The notes below the pieces were generated by a model. The model worked only from the letters and a program-made list of their open reading frames with translations. It was not told the DNA's origin and did not search any database. 64,000 nucleotides of DNA from Okamejei kenojei (Eukaryota): contig CM069160.1 in NCBI GenBank assembly GCA_035221665.1, forward strand, positions 34,534,001 to 34,598,000, written 5' to 3'. Below, in pieces: positions 49,974-63,431 of this stretch (within the stretch, counting starts at the first letter, position 1; every line of letters begins with the position of its first letter). The position numbers and the translations under genes are program-made.

Positions 49974-50757
49974 GTACGTGGGAACCTGGGAAACATTCTA
50001 CAAAAGCGTGTTCTGAACTAACCAGCTCTGTGCTGCTCTGGTCTCATTCCCAAGGCGCAGCTTTTCTTGTTTGAGCCCAGAGGGTTTCCCGGCTGAAGAA
50101 CTATCTGATACCACAAATAGACACAAAGTGCTGGAATTATGCTACGGGTCAGGGAGCATCTCTGCCGATAAAGGATGGGTGAAGTTTCGGGTCGGAACCC
50201 TTCTTCAGAGATGCTGTTTCAGCCGCTGAGGTACTCCAGAATTTTGTGAATAAACCAGCATCTGTAGTTGTTTCCTACACATTTTATCTGTGGCCACACC
50301 TGTCCACTGTCTACACTCCACCCTCCTCCATCACATCTGTGTCCAGGTCTTTGGCCACTTCTCCACTTTGCGCTGCCACTGATCTCTAACTGTCCGTACA
50401 CCAAACACATTAACATGACCTGACACATTGACCACCTTGGAAAGTGCATGACTTCTTTCTCAAGGCACGACATCAATATAAACGCTCATGGACAATGATT
50501 TAATTCACCACTGTAATCTCCATTAAATCGGCATTGAGTTTACTGCGTATAAATGAGGATTAAATGTGTAGAATAAGAGCCCCGGGTCTGCTGTGCTGTA
50601 GTAGCGGGCATGAAAAATCTGAATCTGACTTTCTTCCCTGCGGAGATGCTGCCTGACCCGCTGAATCACTCCAGCATTTTGTGTCTATCCGGTATAAACC
50701 AGCATCTGCAGTTCCTTCCTGTTACTGTTACTGATCTATTTTCATTCACCTATGTAG

Positions 50758-50877
50758 ATGAGTTATTTCCTAAAACCAACCCTTGGCTGCTGGTTTTCTG
50801 GGCGTTTGCGGCCCTCGTGGTTACGGCTGCTGCTTTCGATATAATGTTGCACAGAAAAGAAGATAAAATGATTAAAG
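50758..50877 (+). CDS. Butyrophilin-like gene C, transmembrane exon (DELFPKTNPWLLVFWAFAALVVTAAAFDIMLHRKEDKMIK)
   Basis: tag / gtgaga, 120 nt, phase 1-1. Confidence 0.9.
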
Positions 50878-51009
50878 GTGAGAGCAAGATATGGTGCCGC
50901 GTTATTGCATTCAGAAAGTTTATAAAATGTTTATATTTTGTACACAATTTAGCATCCACACAAACGTTAGATTTGATCACAGCTCCGTAGTTTGACACAT
51001 CCCGCATGG

Positions 51010-54000
51010 TCGGCTGTTCTGGAGCGTTAGATCTCATGGGATCCAAGAAGCGATAGCTGAATGGATAGCAAACTGGCTTCATGGAAGGAAGCAGAGGGTA
51101 ATGGTGGAAGGTTGCTTCTCGGACTGGAGGCCTGTGACTACTGGAGTGCCTCAGGGTTCGGTGCTGGGCCCGTTACTGTTTGTCATCTACATCATTGGTT
51201 TGGATGAGAATATACGGATGAGAGGCCAGTTCATTGGCTATATTTAAGAGGGAGTTAGATGTGGCCCTTGTGGCTAAAGGGATCAGGGGCTATGGAGAGA
51301 AGGGAGGTACGGGATACCGAGTTGGATGATCAGCCATGATCATATTGAATGGTGGGGCAGGCTCGAAGGGCCGAATGGCCTACCCCTGCACCTATTTTCT
51401 GTTTCTATGTCTATGTTTCTATACATGGCAATGTTAGCAAGTTTTGGTGATGATACAACAGTGGGTGGTTTTGCAGATAGTGAAGATGGTTGTGAAACAT
51501 TGCAGGATCTGGATCGATTGGGCCAGGTGGGCTGAGGAATGGTTGATGGAATTTTATACAGCAAAATGTGAGGTGTTGCATTTTGGGAAGTCTAACATGG
51601 GCAGGACCTACACAGTGAATGGCAGGGCTCTTCCCTCTGGAGATGTCATAGAGCAGAAGGATCTAGGAGTACAGGTGCATGTTATAGGAAAGATGTACTC
51701 AAGCTGGAAAGGGTACAGAGAAGATTAACGAGGATGTTGCCAAGACTTGAAGGTCTGAGCTATAAGGGGAGGCTACGTAGGCTGGGAGGACAAGAGTCAG
51801 TCCACCTTGACATACCTGATCTCCCGTTGCTAAAAACCTTTACTCCCCCTCCCGTTCCCACATTGATGTTTCTGTTCTGGGCCTCCTTCATCTTCAGAGT
51901 GAAGCTTGACGCAAATTGGAGGAACAGCATCTCATCTTTCATTTGGGCAGCTTACAATATTGACTTCTGTAACTGCAAGTAACCCTTGCTTTCCCTCTCT
52001 CTCCATCCCTCCCCCTTCCGAGTTCTCCGACTAGTGCGACTGTCCCCCAGATTAAATCTTATCTCTGTATGTTTCATTGTCACATTCTCCTGGCTAACAA
52101 TGATCTATTCTACATTTCTTTGAACTGCATCACATTTCATCTCCCGTTTTCACACCCCACCCTTCCTTATCTCTCGTTTCCGTCTCCTCTGACTCTCAGT
52201 CTGAAGAAGGGTCTCCAGTGTTCTCTCGAATCTGGATCAGTTCCTGTGGACTGGAATGTAGCCACTTTTTAAGAAAGGAGGGAGAGAGAAAATGGGGAAT
52301 TATAGACCAGTTACGGTAGACTTACATCGGAAGTGGGGAAGATGTTTGAGTCGATTATTAAAGATGTTACAGCTGCGCATTTGGAAAGCAGTGACAGGAT
52401 CGGTCAAAGTCAGCATAGATTTATGAAGGGGAAATCAGGCTTGACTAATCTTCTGGAATTTTTGAGGATGTAACAAGTAGAATGGATAAAGAAGAGCCAG
52501 TGGATGTGGTGTATTTGGACTTTCATAAAGCCTTTGACAAGGTCCCACACAAAAGATTAGCATGCAAAATTAGAGCACATGGTATTGGGGGTAGGGTATT
52601 GATATGGATAGAGGGCTGGTTAGCAGACAGGAAGTAAAGAGTAGGAATTAATGGGTCCTTTCCAGAATGGCAGGCAGTGACTAGTAGGGTGCAGCAAGGG
52701 TCGATGCTGGGAGCCCAGTTATTTACAATATATATAAACGATTTAGACGAGGGAATCAAATGTGACACCTCCAAGTTTGCAGAAGACACAAAGCTGGGTG
52801 GCAGTGCGAGCTGCGATGAGGATGATATGAGGCTGCAGGGTGACTTGTATAGGTTGAGTGAGAGGACAGATGCATGGCAGATGCAGTATAATGTGGATAA
52901 ATGTGAGGTTATCCACTTTGGTGGCAAGAAAAGGAAGACAGATTATTATCTGAATTGGGTCAGATTAGGAAAAGGGAAGGCGTAAGAAGACCTGGGTGTG
53001 CTTGTCACTGACAGTAAGCATGCAGGCACAGCAGACAGTGATGAAAGCAAATAGCATGTTGCCCTTCATTGTGAGAGGATTTGTATTTAGGAGCAAGGAG
53101 GTCCTACTCTTGTTGTACAGGGCCCTGGTGAGACCACACCTGGAATACTGTGTACAATTTTGGTCTCCTAATTTGAGGAAGGACATTCTTGCTATTGTGG
53201 GAGTGCAGCGTAGGTTCACCAGGTTAATTGCCGGGATGGCGGGACTGACATATGATGAAAGAATGGGTCGGCTGAGCTTGTATTCACTGGAATTTAGTTG
53301 GATAAGAGGGGATCTTATCGAAACAAAAAAAAAATCTTAAAGAATTGGACAGGCTAGATGCAGGAAACATGCTCACGATGTTGGGGAAGTCCAGAACCAG
53401 GTGTCACAGTTTAAGAATAAGGGGTGGATCATTTAGGACTGAAATGAGAAAAATAATTCACCCAGAGAGTTGTGAATCTGTGGAATTTTCTATCACCGAA
53501 GGCAGTGGAGGCCATTTCATCGGATGTTTTCAAGGCACTTTGATTTAGCTATTAGGGCTAGAGGAATCGAGGGTTATGGGGAAAATGCAGTAACTGCGTA
53601 CTGATTTAAATGATCAGCCACGATTATATTGAATAGCGGTGCTGGCTCAAAGGGCCGAATATCAATAGACAATAGGTACAGGAGCAGGCCATTTGGCCCT
53701 ACGAGCCAGCACCGCCATTCATAGAAACATAGAAAATAGGTGCAGGAGGCCATTCGGCCCTTCCAGCCAGCACTGCCATTCATTGTGATCATGGCTGATC
53801 GGCCGCTATCAATAACCCGTGCCTGCCTTCTCCCCATATCCCTTGACTCCAAACCCACAGGCCCCTAGAGCTCTATCCAACTGTCTCTTAAATCCATGTG
53901 ATCATGGCTGATCATCCCCAATCAGTACCCCATTCCTGCCTTCTCCCCATATCCCCTGACTCCGCTATTTTTAAGAGGCCTATCTAGCTCTCTCTTGAAA

Positions 54001-54425
54001 GCATCCAGAGAACCTGCCTCCACCACCCTCTGAGGCAGAGAATTCCAGAGACTCACCACTCTCTGTGAGAAAAAGTGTTTCCTCATCTCCGTTCTAAATG
54101 GCTTACTCCTTATTCTTAAACTGTGTGGCCCCTGGTTCTGGACTCCCCCAACATCGGGGACATGTTTCCTGCCTCTAGTGTGTCCAAACCCTTAACAATC
54201 TTATATGTTTCAATGAGATCCCGTCTCATCCTTCTAAACTCCAGAGTATACAAGCCCAGCTGCTCCATTCTCTCAGCATATGACAGTCCCGCCATCCCGG
54301 GAATTAACCTTGTAAACCTACGCTGTACTCTCTCAATAGCAAGAATGTCCTTCCTCAAATTAGAGGACCAAAACTGCACACAATACTCCAGGTGTGGTCT
54401 CACTAGGGCTCTGTACAACTGCAGA
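51010..54425. mobile_element. Cluster of CR1 fragments (both strands) with a Penelope-like fragment at ~51780-52215
   Basis: CR1 RT motifs in ORFs 52677-53548 (+) and 54116-54448 (-); boundaries approximate. Confidence 0.85.
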
Positions 54426-55209
54426 AGGAATATCATATTCCTGCCCATATTTTTCTTTGTTTCTAGGACCTGAAATTCACCAATTCCTTCTCTCCAGAGA
54501 TGCTGCCTGCCCGCCGTTACTCCAGCATTGTGTGTCTAGAATCATTGAGGTGTCCTTTGCAGTACAATGGCCGTTCATGGTCAGAAGAGAGAAGTTGGTG
54601 TAATCACCACAAGCTCTCTCCGAGCAACGACCTGGCCCTGTTGTTTGAGAAAGGTCTGATCAAGTATAAACATTAGCGTGAGAGCCCTAATGGCACTGTT
54701 GTATATTCCACACCGGTGTGACAAACCCCACAGGTTTACGACTGGGCCAACTGAAGGCTCCTCTGGTGGTTTCCTCAACTCTGCACCGCAGCGACAGCTG
54801 GGGTTACGACTCGAGTTGCTGAACCTCAACATTGTGACCGAGGCGAGAGGAGAAAACCTCACTGAGCCACAGCAGGTGGTGCAGAAAGGAAGTGGGGAAA
54901 TCCCGTTCACACAACCCGTGTGAAGGCTGTGGGATTCACGGCCTAAAGGGTGGAGGAAGAGCTAACACTGCCACATGGGGAAGGTTCTTGGAGGAAGTCT
55001 CGGTGCGCAGTCTCCTTGCGGTCAGTTGCAGGTGGAGTTTGTCTCCATCACCGTCTCCTCTGGCTCTGGTGAATGTGGGGACCTTGTGCCCCACCTCCCA
55101 GCTCAGTATCTCAATCCAGAGGGCACCGTGTGAATTGTGCCCTGTTTGTGCACAGCGTGGAATTGCTGCCGGCCTCACTCACTGACATGTTCCTGCTTCT
55201 TGTTTTCAG

Positions 55210-55236
55210 AACTGCAGCTGTTTCTCTCTATGGAAG
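55210..55236 (+). CDS. Gene C cytoplasmic micro-exon 1 (ELQLFLSME)
   Basis: ttttgttttcag / gtaaga, 27 nt; paralog of 25760-25786. Confidence 0.85.
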
Positions 55237-55989
55237 GTAAGATATTTCCGAGACAGCAGAGGAACGGGCCATTCGGCCCAAACTGTCTGATTATGAGAGG
55301 CAACGATAGGATAGAGTGTCAACATCTTATTTCCCGCGGTAGGTATCAAAAGTATGAGGTGATGAGGTGAGAGGACGATGTGTGCAGGGATCTGAGGAGT
55401 GATGTTTTAACACAGGGAATGGTTTTGATATCTGAATCATGCTATCAGAGAATGTGGTGAATCCAGATACTGAATATCATGAAGTAGATTTTCAAAGTCT
55501 ACAGAGAGATTTGGGCCATTTGGAAGAGTGGGCTGAAAGATGGCAGATGGAGTTTAATGCTGATAAGTGTGAGGTGCTACATCTTGGCAGGACAAATCAT
55601 AATAGGACATACCTGGTAAATGATAGCGAATTGAGGAATGCAGTTGAATAGAGCGATTTAGGAATAACTGTGCGTAGTTCCCTGAAGGTGGAATCTCACG
55701 TAGATAGGGTGGTAACGAAAGCCTTTGGTGTGCTGGCCTTTATAAATTAGAGCATTGAGTACAGAAGTTGGGATGTAATGTTAAAGTTATACAAGGCATT
55801 GGTGAGGCCAATTCTGGAATATGGTGTACAATTCTGATAGCCAAATTATAGGAATGATGTCAATAAAATAGAGAGAGTGCAGAGGAGATTTACTAGAATG
55901 TTGCCTGGGTTTCAGCACCTAAGTTACAGAGAAAGGTTGAACAAGATAGTTCTTTATTCTTTGGAGCGCAGGAGGTTCAGGGGGGACTT

Positions 55990-56126
55990 CGTTTTCTTTT
56001 GTGTGGCGTGCACAGCCTAAAGCTGTTGGGCAACTTGTTCTATTTGATCTTCCGTTTGTGCACGTCGAGTTGATTGCATTAATCGAAACGGGGCGGACCA
56101 CGTGACGGTTACAATCTTCCACCCCA
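55990..56126 (-). mobile_element. 137-bp non-autonomous retroelement beginning with an HDV-like ribozyme fold
   Basis: 11-bp TSD aggggggactt (55979-55989, 56127-56137); purine-rich 3' tail on the minus strand. Confidence 0.85.
56072..56125 (-). ncRNA. Minimal HDV/CPEB3-like self-cleaving ribozyme (this copy probably inactive)
   Basis: GGGGUGG(P1) AA GAUUGUA(P2) ACC(P3) GUCACGU(L3) GGU CCGCCCC G U-UUCG-A UUAA UGCAAUC; all helices pair in nested double-pseudoknot order; the C75-equivalent position reads U. Confidence 0.72.
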
Positions 56127-57049
56127 AGGGGGGACTTGATAGAGGTCTTTAAAATGATGAGAGGGATAGAGAGAGTTGATGTGGATAAGCTTTTTCCATT
56201 GAGAGTAGGGAAGATTCAAACATGAGGACATGATTTGAGAATTAAGGGACAAAAGTTTAGGGGTAACATGAGGGGGAACTTCTTTACTCCGAGAGTGGTA
56301 GCTGTGTGGAATGAGCTTCCAGTGGAAGTGGTGGAGGCAGGCTCGATTTTATCATTTAAAAATAAATTGGATAGGTATATGGACGGGAAAGGAATGAAAG
56401 GTTATGGTCTGAGTGCAGGTAGATGGGACTAGGTGAGAGTAAGTGTTTGGCACGGACTAGAAGGGCAGAAATGGCCTGTTTCCGCGCTGTAATTGTTATA
56501 TCGTTATATGGTTAAATACAGTGACTACGCTCAGAACAAAACATAGAACATAGAATAGTACAGGAACAGATCCATCATACCACATATAGACACAGAAAGC
56601 TGGAGTAACTCAGCGGGACAGGCAGCATCTCTGGAGAGAATGAACCCATTCCTTTTCTCCAGAGATGCTACCTGTCCCGCTGAGTTACTCCAGCTTTTTG
56701 TGTCTATCCTAGACTCTCCCGACAGTGGAAACATCCTCTCCACATCCACTCTATCCAAGCCTTTCACTATTCTGTAAGCTTCAATGAGGTCTGCCCTCGT
56801 TGTTCTAAACTCCAGTGAGTACAGGCCCAGTGCCGTCAAACGCTCATCATATGTTAACCCACTCATTCCTGGGATCATTCTTGTAATGCACCTCCTCTGG
56901 AACCACTCCACAGCCAGCACATGCTTCCTCAGATAAGGTGCCCAAAATTGCTTTAAATGCGGCCCGACCAACACCTTATGGAGCCTCAGCATTACATCCC
57001 TAATTTTGTATACTAGCCCTCTTCAAACAAATGCTAGCATTGCATTTAA

Positions 57050-60000
57050 GAAACATAGAAACATAGAAAATAGGTGCAGGAGGAGGCCATTTGGCCTTTC
57101 GAGCCAGCACCGCCATTCATTGTGATCATGACTGATCGTCCCCAATCAATAACCCGTGCCTGCCTTCTCCCCACATCCCTTGACTCCACAAGCCCCTAGA
57201 GCTCTATCTAACTCTCTCTTAAATCCATCCAGTGACTAGATCTCCACTGCCCTCTGTGGCAGGGAATTCCATAAATTCACAACTCTCTGGGTGAAAACGT
57301 TTTTTCACACATCAGTCTTAAATGACCTCCCCTTTATTCTAAGACTGTGGCTCCTGGTTCTGGACTCGCCCAATGTTGAGAACATTTTTCCTGCATCTAG
57401 CTTGTCCAGTCCTTTTATAATTTTATATGTTTCTATAAGATCCCCCCTTCATCGTTCAAAACTCTAGTGAATACGAGCCTAGTCTTTTCAACCTTTCCTC
57501 ATATGACAGTCCCGCCATCTCAGGGATCAATCTCATGAACCTACGCTGCACTGCCTCAATCACAAAGATGTCCTTCCTCAAATTAGGAGATCAAAACTGT
57601 ACACAATACTCAAGATGTGGTCTCACCAGAGCCCTATACAACTGCAGAAGAGCCTCTTTACTCCTATACTGAAATCCTCTTGTTATGAAGGCCAACATTC
57701 CATTAGCTTTCTTCACTGCCTGCTGTACCTGCACGCCAACTTTCAGTGACCGGTGTACAAGGACGCCCAGGTCTCGCTGCACCGCCCCCTTACCTAACCT
57801 AACCCCATTGAGATAATAATCTGCCCCCTTGTTTTTGCCGCCAAAGTGGATAACCTCACATTTATCTACATTATACTGCATCTGCCACGCATCTGCCCAC
57901 TCACTCAACCTGTTCAGGTCACCCTGCAACCTCCTAACATCCTCTTCACTGTTCACACTGTCACCCAGCTTTTTGTCATCCGCAAACTTGCTAGTGTTGC
58001 TCCTAATTCCCTCTTCCAAATCATTAATATATATGGTAAACAGTTGCGGCCCCAACACCGAGCCTTGCGGCACACCACTCGCCAATGCCTGCCATTCTGA
58101 AAAGGACCCGTTCACTGCTACTCTTTGCTTCAGGTCTGCCAACCAATCCATGTCAACACTCTACCTCCAATACCATGTGTTCTAATTTTAGTTACCAGTC
58201 TCCCGTGCGGGACCATATCAAAGGCTTTCTGAAAGTCTTTTGAAAATAATTAGACGGTCAGCATGGATTTACGAAAGGTAAATCATATCTGACGAATCTT
58301 ATAGAACTTTTCGAGGATGTAATTAGCAGAGTGGATAATGGAGAACCAGTGGATGTGTTATATCTAGACTTTCAGAAGGCTTTCGACAAGGTCCCACATA
58401 AGAGATTAGTATACCAACTTAAAGCGCACGGTATTGAGGGTTCAGTATTGATGTGGATAGAGAACTGGCTGGCAGACAGGAAGCAAAGGGTAGGAGTAAA
58501 CGGGTCCTTTTCAGAATGGCAGGTACTGACTAGTGGGGTACCGCAAGGCTCAGTGCTGGGACCCCAGCTATTTACAATATCTATTAATGATTTGGACGAG
58601 AGAGTTGAATGCAACATCTCCAAGTTTGCGGATGACTCTAAGCTGGGGGGTAGTGTTAGGTGTGAGGAGGATGCTAGGAGGCTGCAAGTATAATGTGGAT
58701 AAATGTGATGTTATCCACTTTGGTGGCAAAAACAGGAGGGTAGATTATTATCTGAATGGTGGCAAATTAGGAAAAGGGGAGATGCAACGAGACCTGGGTG
58801 TCATGGTACACCAATCATTGAAAGTAGGCATGCAGGTGCAGCAGGCAGTGAAGAAAGCAAATGGTATGTTAGCTTTCATAACAAAAGGATTTGAGTATAG
58901 GAGCAGGGCGGTTCTACTGCAGTTGTACAGGGTTTTGGTGAGACCACACCTGGAGTATTGCATACAGTTTTGGTCTCCAAATCTGAGAAAATACATTCTT
59001 GCCATAGAGGGAGTACAGAGAAGGTTCACCAGACTGATTCCTGGGATGTCAGGACTTTCATATGAGGAAAGACTGGATAGACTTGGCTTGTACTCGCTAG
59101 AATTTGGAAGACTGAGGGGGGATCTTATGGAAACTTACAAAATTCTTAAGGGGTTGGATAGGCTAGATGCAGGAAGATTGTTCCCGATGTTGGGGAGGTC
59201 CAGAAACAAGGGGTCACAGTCTAAGGATAAGGGGGAATTCCTTTAGGACCGAGATGACGAAAACATTTTTCACACAGAGTGGTGAGTCTTTGAAATTCTC
59301 TGCCACAGATGGTAGTTGAGACCAGTTCATTGGCTATATTTAAGAGGGAGTTCGATGTGGCCCTTGTGGCTAAAGGGATCAGGGGGTATGGAGAGAAGGC
59401 GGGTACAGGATACTGAGTTGGATGATCAGCCATGATCATATTGAATGGCGATGCAGGCTCGAAGGGCCGAATGACCTCCTCCTGCACCTATTTTCTATGT
59501 CTAGATACACTACATCCACTGGCACCCCTTCATCCATTTTACTTGTTACATCCTCAAAAAATTCCAGAAGATTAGTCGAGAATGATTTCCCTTTGCAGAA
59601 ATCCATGTTGACTTGGATTAATCCTTTTACTGTTATCCAAATGCCCCATTATTACCACTTTAATAATTGACTCCAGCATCTTTCCCACCAGCGAAGTCAG
59701 GCTAACTGGTCTGTAATTCCCTGTTTTCTCCCTCGCTCCTTTCTTGAAAAGTGGGAAACATTAGCTATCCTCCAATCCACCGGAACTGATCCTGAATCTA
59801 TTGAACATTGGAAAATGATCACCAATGCGTCCACTATTTCTAGAGCCACCTCCCTGAGGACCCTGGGATGCAGACCATCAGGCCCAGGGGATTTATCATC
59901 CTTCAGTCCCATTACCCTACCCAATACTATTTCTCGCCTAATGAAAAATTATTTCAGTTCCTCTACCCCCTTAGATCCTCTGTCCACCAGTACATCTGGG

Positions 60001-62250
60001 AGATTGTTTGTGTCTTCCTTAGTGAAGACAGATCCGAAGTACCTATTCAACTCGTCTGCCATTTCCTTGTTGCCCATAATAATTTCACTCATGTCTGCCT
60101 TCAAGGGACCCACATTTGACTTTGCTACTCTGTTTCCCTTAACATATCAAAAGAAGCTTTTACTGTCCTTCTCTATATTCCTGGCCAGCTTCCCTTCGTA
60201 CTTCATCTTTTCAGCCCGTATTGGCCGTTTTGTTTCATTCTGTTGTCCTATGAAAGTTTCCCAATCCTCTGGCTTCCGGCTACTCTTTGCTGTGTTATAC
60301 ATCTTTTCTTTTAGTTTTATTCTCTCCCTAACTTCTCGTCAGCCACGGTTGCCTCCTACTCCCCTTAGAATCTTTATTCCTTTTTGGAATGAAATGATCC
60401 TGCGTCTTCCGGATTATGCCCAGAAATTCCTGCCATTGCTTTTCCACTGTCATTCCTGCTAGGATCCCTTTGCAGTCTACCTTGGCCAGCTCCCCTCTCT
60501 TGCCTTCATAGTCCCCTTTGTTCAGCTGCATCACTGACACTTCTGATTTAACATTCTCCTTCACAAATTGAAGATTAAAACTAATCATATTATGATCACT
60601 ACCTCCAAGCGGTTCCTTTACCTCGAGTTTTCTTATCATATCTAGTTCATTGGACAACACTAAATCCAGAATTGCCTTTTCTCTGGTCGGCTCCATTACA
60701 AGCTGCTCTAAGAATCCATCTCGGAGGCACTCTACAAACTCTTTTTCTTGGGGTCCTGAACCAACCTGATTTTCCCAGCCTACCTGGATATAGAAATCCT
60801 CCATCACCACAGTGGCATTACCTATGTTACATGCCAGTTTTAACTCCTGCTGCAACGTACATCCTACATCCAGGCTACTATTTGGGGGTCTGTAGATAAC
60901 ACTAATTAATGTCTTCTTGCCTTTACAATTCCTCAACTCAATCCACAGTGACTCTACCTCGTCAGTCCCTATGTCTTCCCTCGCAAAGGACTGAATTCCA
61001 TCCCTCACCAGCAAAGCTACCCCCCTCCTCTGCCAACCTGCCTGTCCTTTCTTTTGGATGTATAACCCAGAATATTAAGTTCCCAGGCCCGATCCTCCTG
61101 CAGCCACTCCTATCAGTAATCCCCACATTGTCATATCTACCAACCAGTAACTGAGCCTCAAGCTCATCTACTTTACTTCTTATACTTCGCGCATTCATAT
61201 ACAATACTTTTAATTCCTTATGCATCTCACCTTTCACATCGATCCCTATTACACTTGGCCACACGCTCCTATCCCTTTGTGAGCTTCCTTTCCCGTTAAT
61301 TCTGGGGCCATTAACTTTCCCTTTACTCTCTTTCCCTTTAACTCCGTCCTCGACTATCCCATTTGATGCCCCACCCCCCCTTATTCAGTTTGAAACCGCC
61401 CGTGTAGCAGTGGCAAACCTGTCTGCCAGAATGCTGGTCCCCCACCTGTTAAGATGCAATCAGTCCCTTTTGTACAGTTCCCCCTTACTCCAAAAACAGA
61501 TCCCAGTGATCTAAGAATCTAAATTCGTGCCCCCTGCACCAGTTCCTCAGCCACTCATTCAGGTCGCGTATCTCCCTGTTCCTGCTCTCGCCAGCACGAG
61601 GAACTGGAAGCAAAACGGAGATAACAATCCAGGAGGTCCTGCTTTTCAGCATTTTTCCGAGCTCTCTAAAGTCACCCTACAGAATATTCATCCCCTTCTT
61701 TCCGACATCGTTTGTGCCGACATGCACTACCACTTCCGGCTGTTCACCTTCGCCCTTGAGGATTTTCTGCACTCTGTCCGTGACTTCCTGGATCCTAGCA
61801 CCAGGAAGGCAGCACACCATCCTCGAATCCCGTCTGTTGCCGCAGAAACCCCTGTCCGCACCTCTCACAATGGAGTCTCCAACTACAATGGCGTTGCCTG
61901 ACGTTGGCCTCTTTGGTTTTGGCTCAACAGCCCTTTTTGCTTCACAAGTCAGTCCGCCGCTCAGTGTTTTAACGTCTTCTGTGCTGACACCTTCTAAGTG
62001 GGTGAACCTGTTCACAAGAGGTACAACAATGACGTTTGCATTCCATGTTTCCCTCCCTTTCTCACCATCACCCACCTTCTCTCTTCTAGTACCTTAGGTG
62101 TAACAATCTTACTGTAGAAATGGTCGAGGAACGACTCCGTTTCTCGGACGAACCTGAGGTCATCCACTTGCTTCACCAGTTCCCCAACACTGTCCTTCAG
62201 GAGCTGTACCTGGATGCACTTCTCACATTTGTAGCAGCCAGAGGCAGAAA
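57050..62250 (-). mobile_element. Near-full-length CR1 LINE (ORF1 with SGNH esterase, APE endonuclease, RT), interrupted by a plus-strand CR1 at ~58240-59500
   Basis: NAIVVGDSIVRG..CCLPGA..VVVHVGTND (ORF1); YMNARSIRSK, VIYRPP, LGGSDH (EN); RT motifs at 57591-58151; tail (aaacatag)n. Confidence 0.92.
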
Positions 62251-62254
62251 GCAT

Positions 62255-63310
62255 TTGCTTTCTTTACTGCCGATTTGACTTGCAGATTAACATTTGGGGA
62301 ATCCTGCACCAGCTCTCCCAAGTGGCTTTGCACCTCCAATTTCTGGATTCCCTCCCCATTTAGAAAATAGTCTGTGTCTTTATTCCAGCCACCAAAATGC
62401 ATAACTCCACACTTTGCTCCACTATGTTGGACCAGTCACTTCTCTGCCCACTCTCCCAACCTGTCCAAGTCCTTCTGCAGTCATTACTTTCTCTACACTA
62501 CCTGCCCCTCCACCTATTTTCATATCATCCGCAAACTTGGCCACAAAGCCTTCTATCCCCTCAACCAAATCAGTAATACACAACGTGAAGAGTAGCGGCC
62601 CCAGTACCGACCCCCACAGAACTCCGCTAGTCACTGGCAGCCAACCAGAAATAACCCCCTTTATTGCCACTCTTTGCCTTCTGCCATCCAGCCAACCTGC
62701 TATCCATGCTGGTATCTGCCCTTTGATACCATGGGCTCTCATCTTCCTGAGCAGCCTCACGTGTGGCACCTTATCAAAGGCTTTCTGAAAATCTAGATAA
62801 ACAACATCCACTAACTGTCCTTTGTCTGTCCTGCAGTTTACTTCTGCAAAGTATTCCTGCAGATTCGTCAGGCAAGACCTCCCGTTCACAAAACAGTGCT
62901 GACTTTGACCTATTTTGTCATGAACCAAGTTCTCCGTAGGCTTATAATGGACTCTAAAATCTTAGCAACCACCGAAGTCAGACTAACCGGCCTATAGTTC
63001 CCAATATTCTGCTTTGCTCCCTTCTTGTGCAGCGGGGTAATATTGGCAAATTTCCAATCGTCTGGAACCGCTCCTGACTAGTGATACTTGAAATATCACA
63101 GATGCTATGTATCTATCTATGTATTAATGCCTCCACAATCTCTAAAGCCACCTCGTGCAGAACCCTGGGGTACAGTCTATCCAGTCCAGGTGACTTATCC
63201 ACCTTCAGCCCTTTCAGCTTCCCAAGCACATTCTCCTTAGTAACAGCCACTCCACTAACTTCCACCCCCTGACTCTCTTGCATTTAAGACATGTGTCTTC
63301 TAGTGTGAAG
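62255..63310 (-). mobile_element. Host CR1 fragment (continues at ~56530-57045)
   Basis: VDVVYLDFQKAFDKVPH...FADDMKIGG; gcattt is present at both junctions of the nested element. Confidence 0.8.
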
Positions 63311-63378
63311 AATGTAGCAAAAAAAATAGTCCTGACTTTTCTATATTCTCCATCATCACTTCTACAACTTCTACAACA

Positions 63379-63431
63379 CCACACACGCACACACACACAC
63401 ACACGCACACACACACACACACACACATACA
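63379..63431. repeat. (CA)n microsatellite
   Basis: Direct inspection. Confidence 0.95.

Larger units (their letters stand above)
55480..56515 (+). mobile_element. CR1 LINE 3' fragment carrying a short nested insertion
   Basis: LQRDLGHLEEWAERWQMEFNADKCEVLH; NFFTPRVVAVWNELP. Confidence 0.88.
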
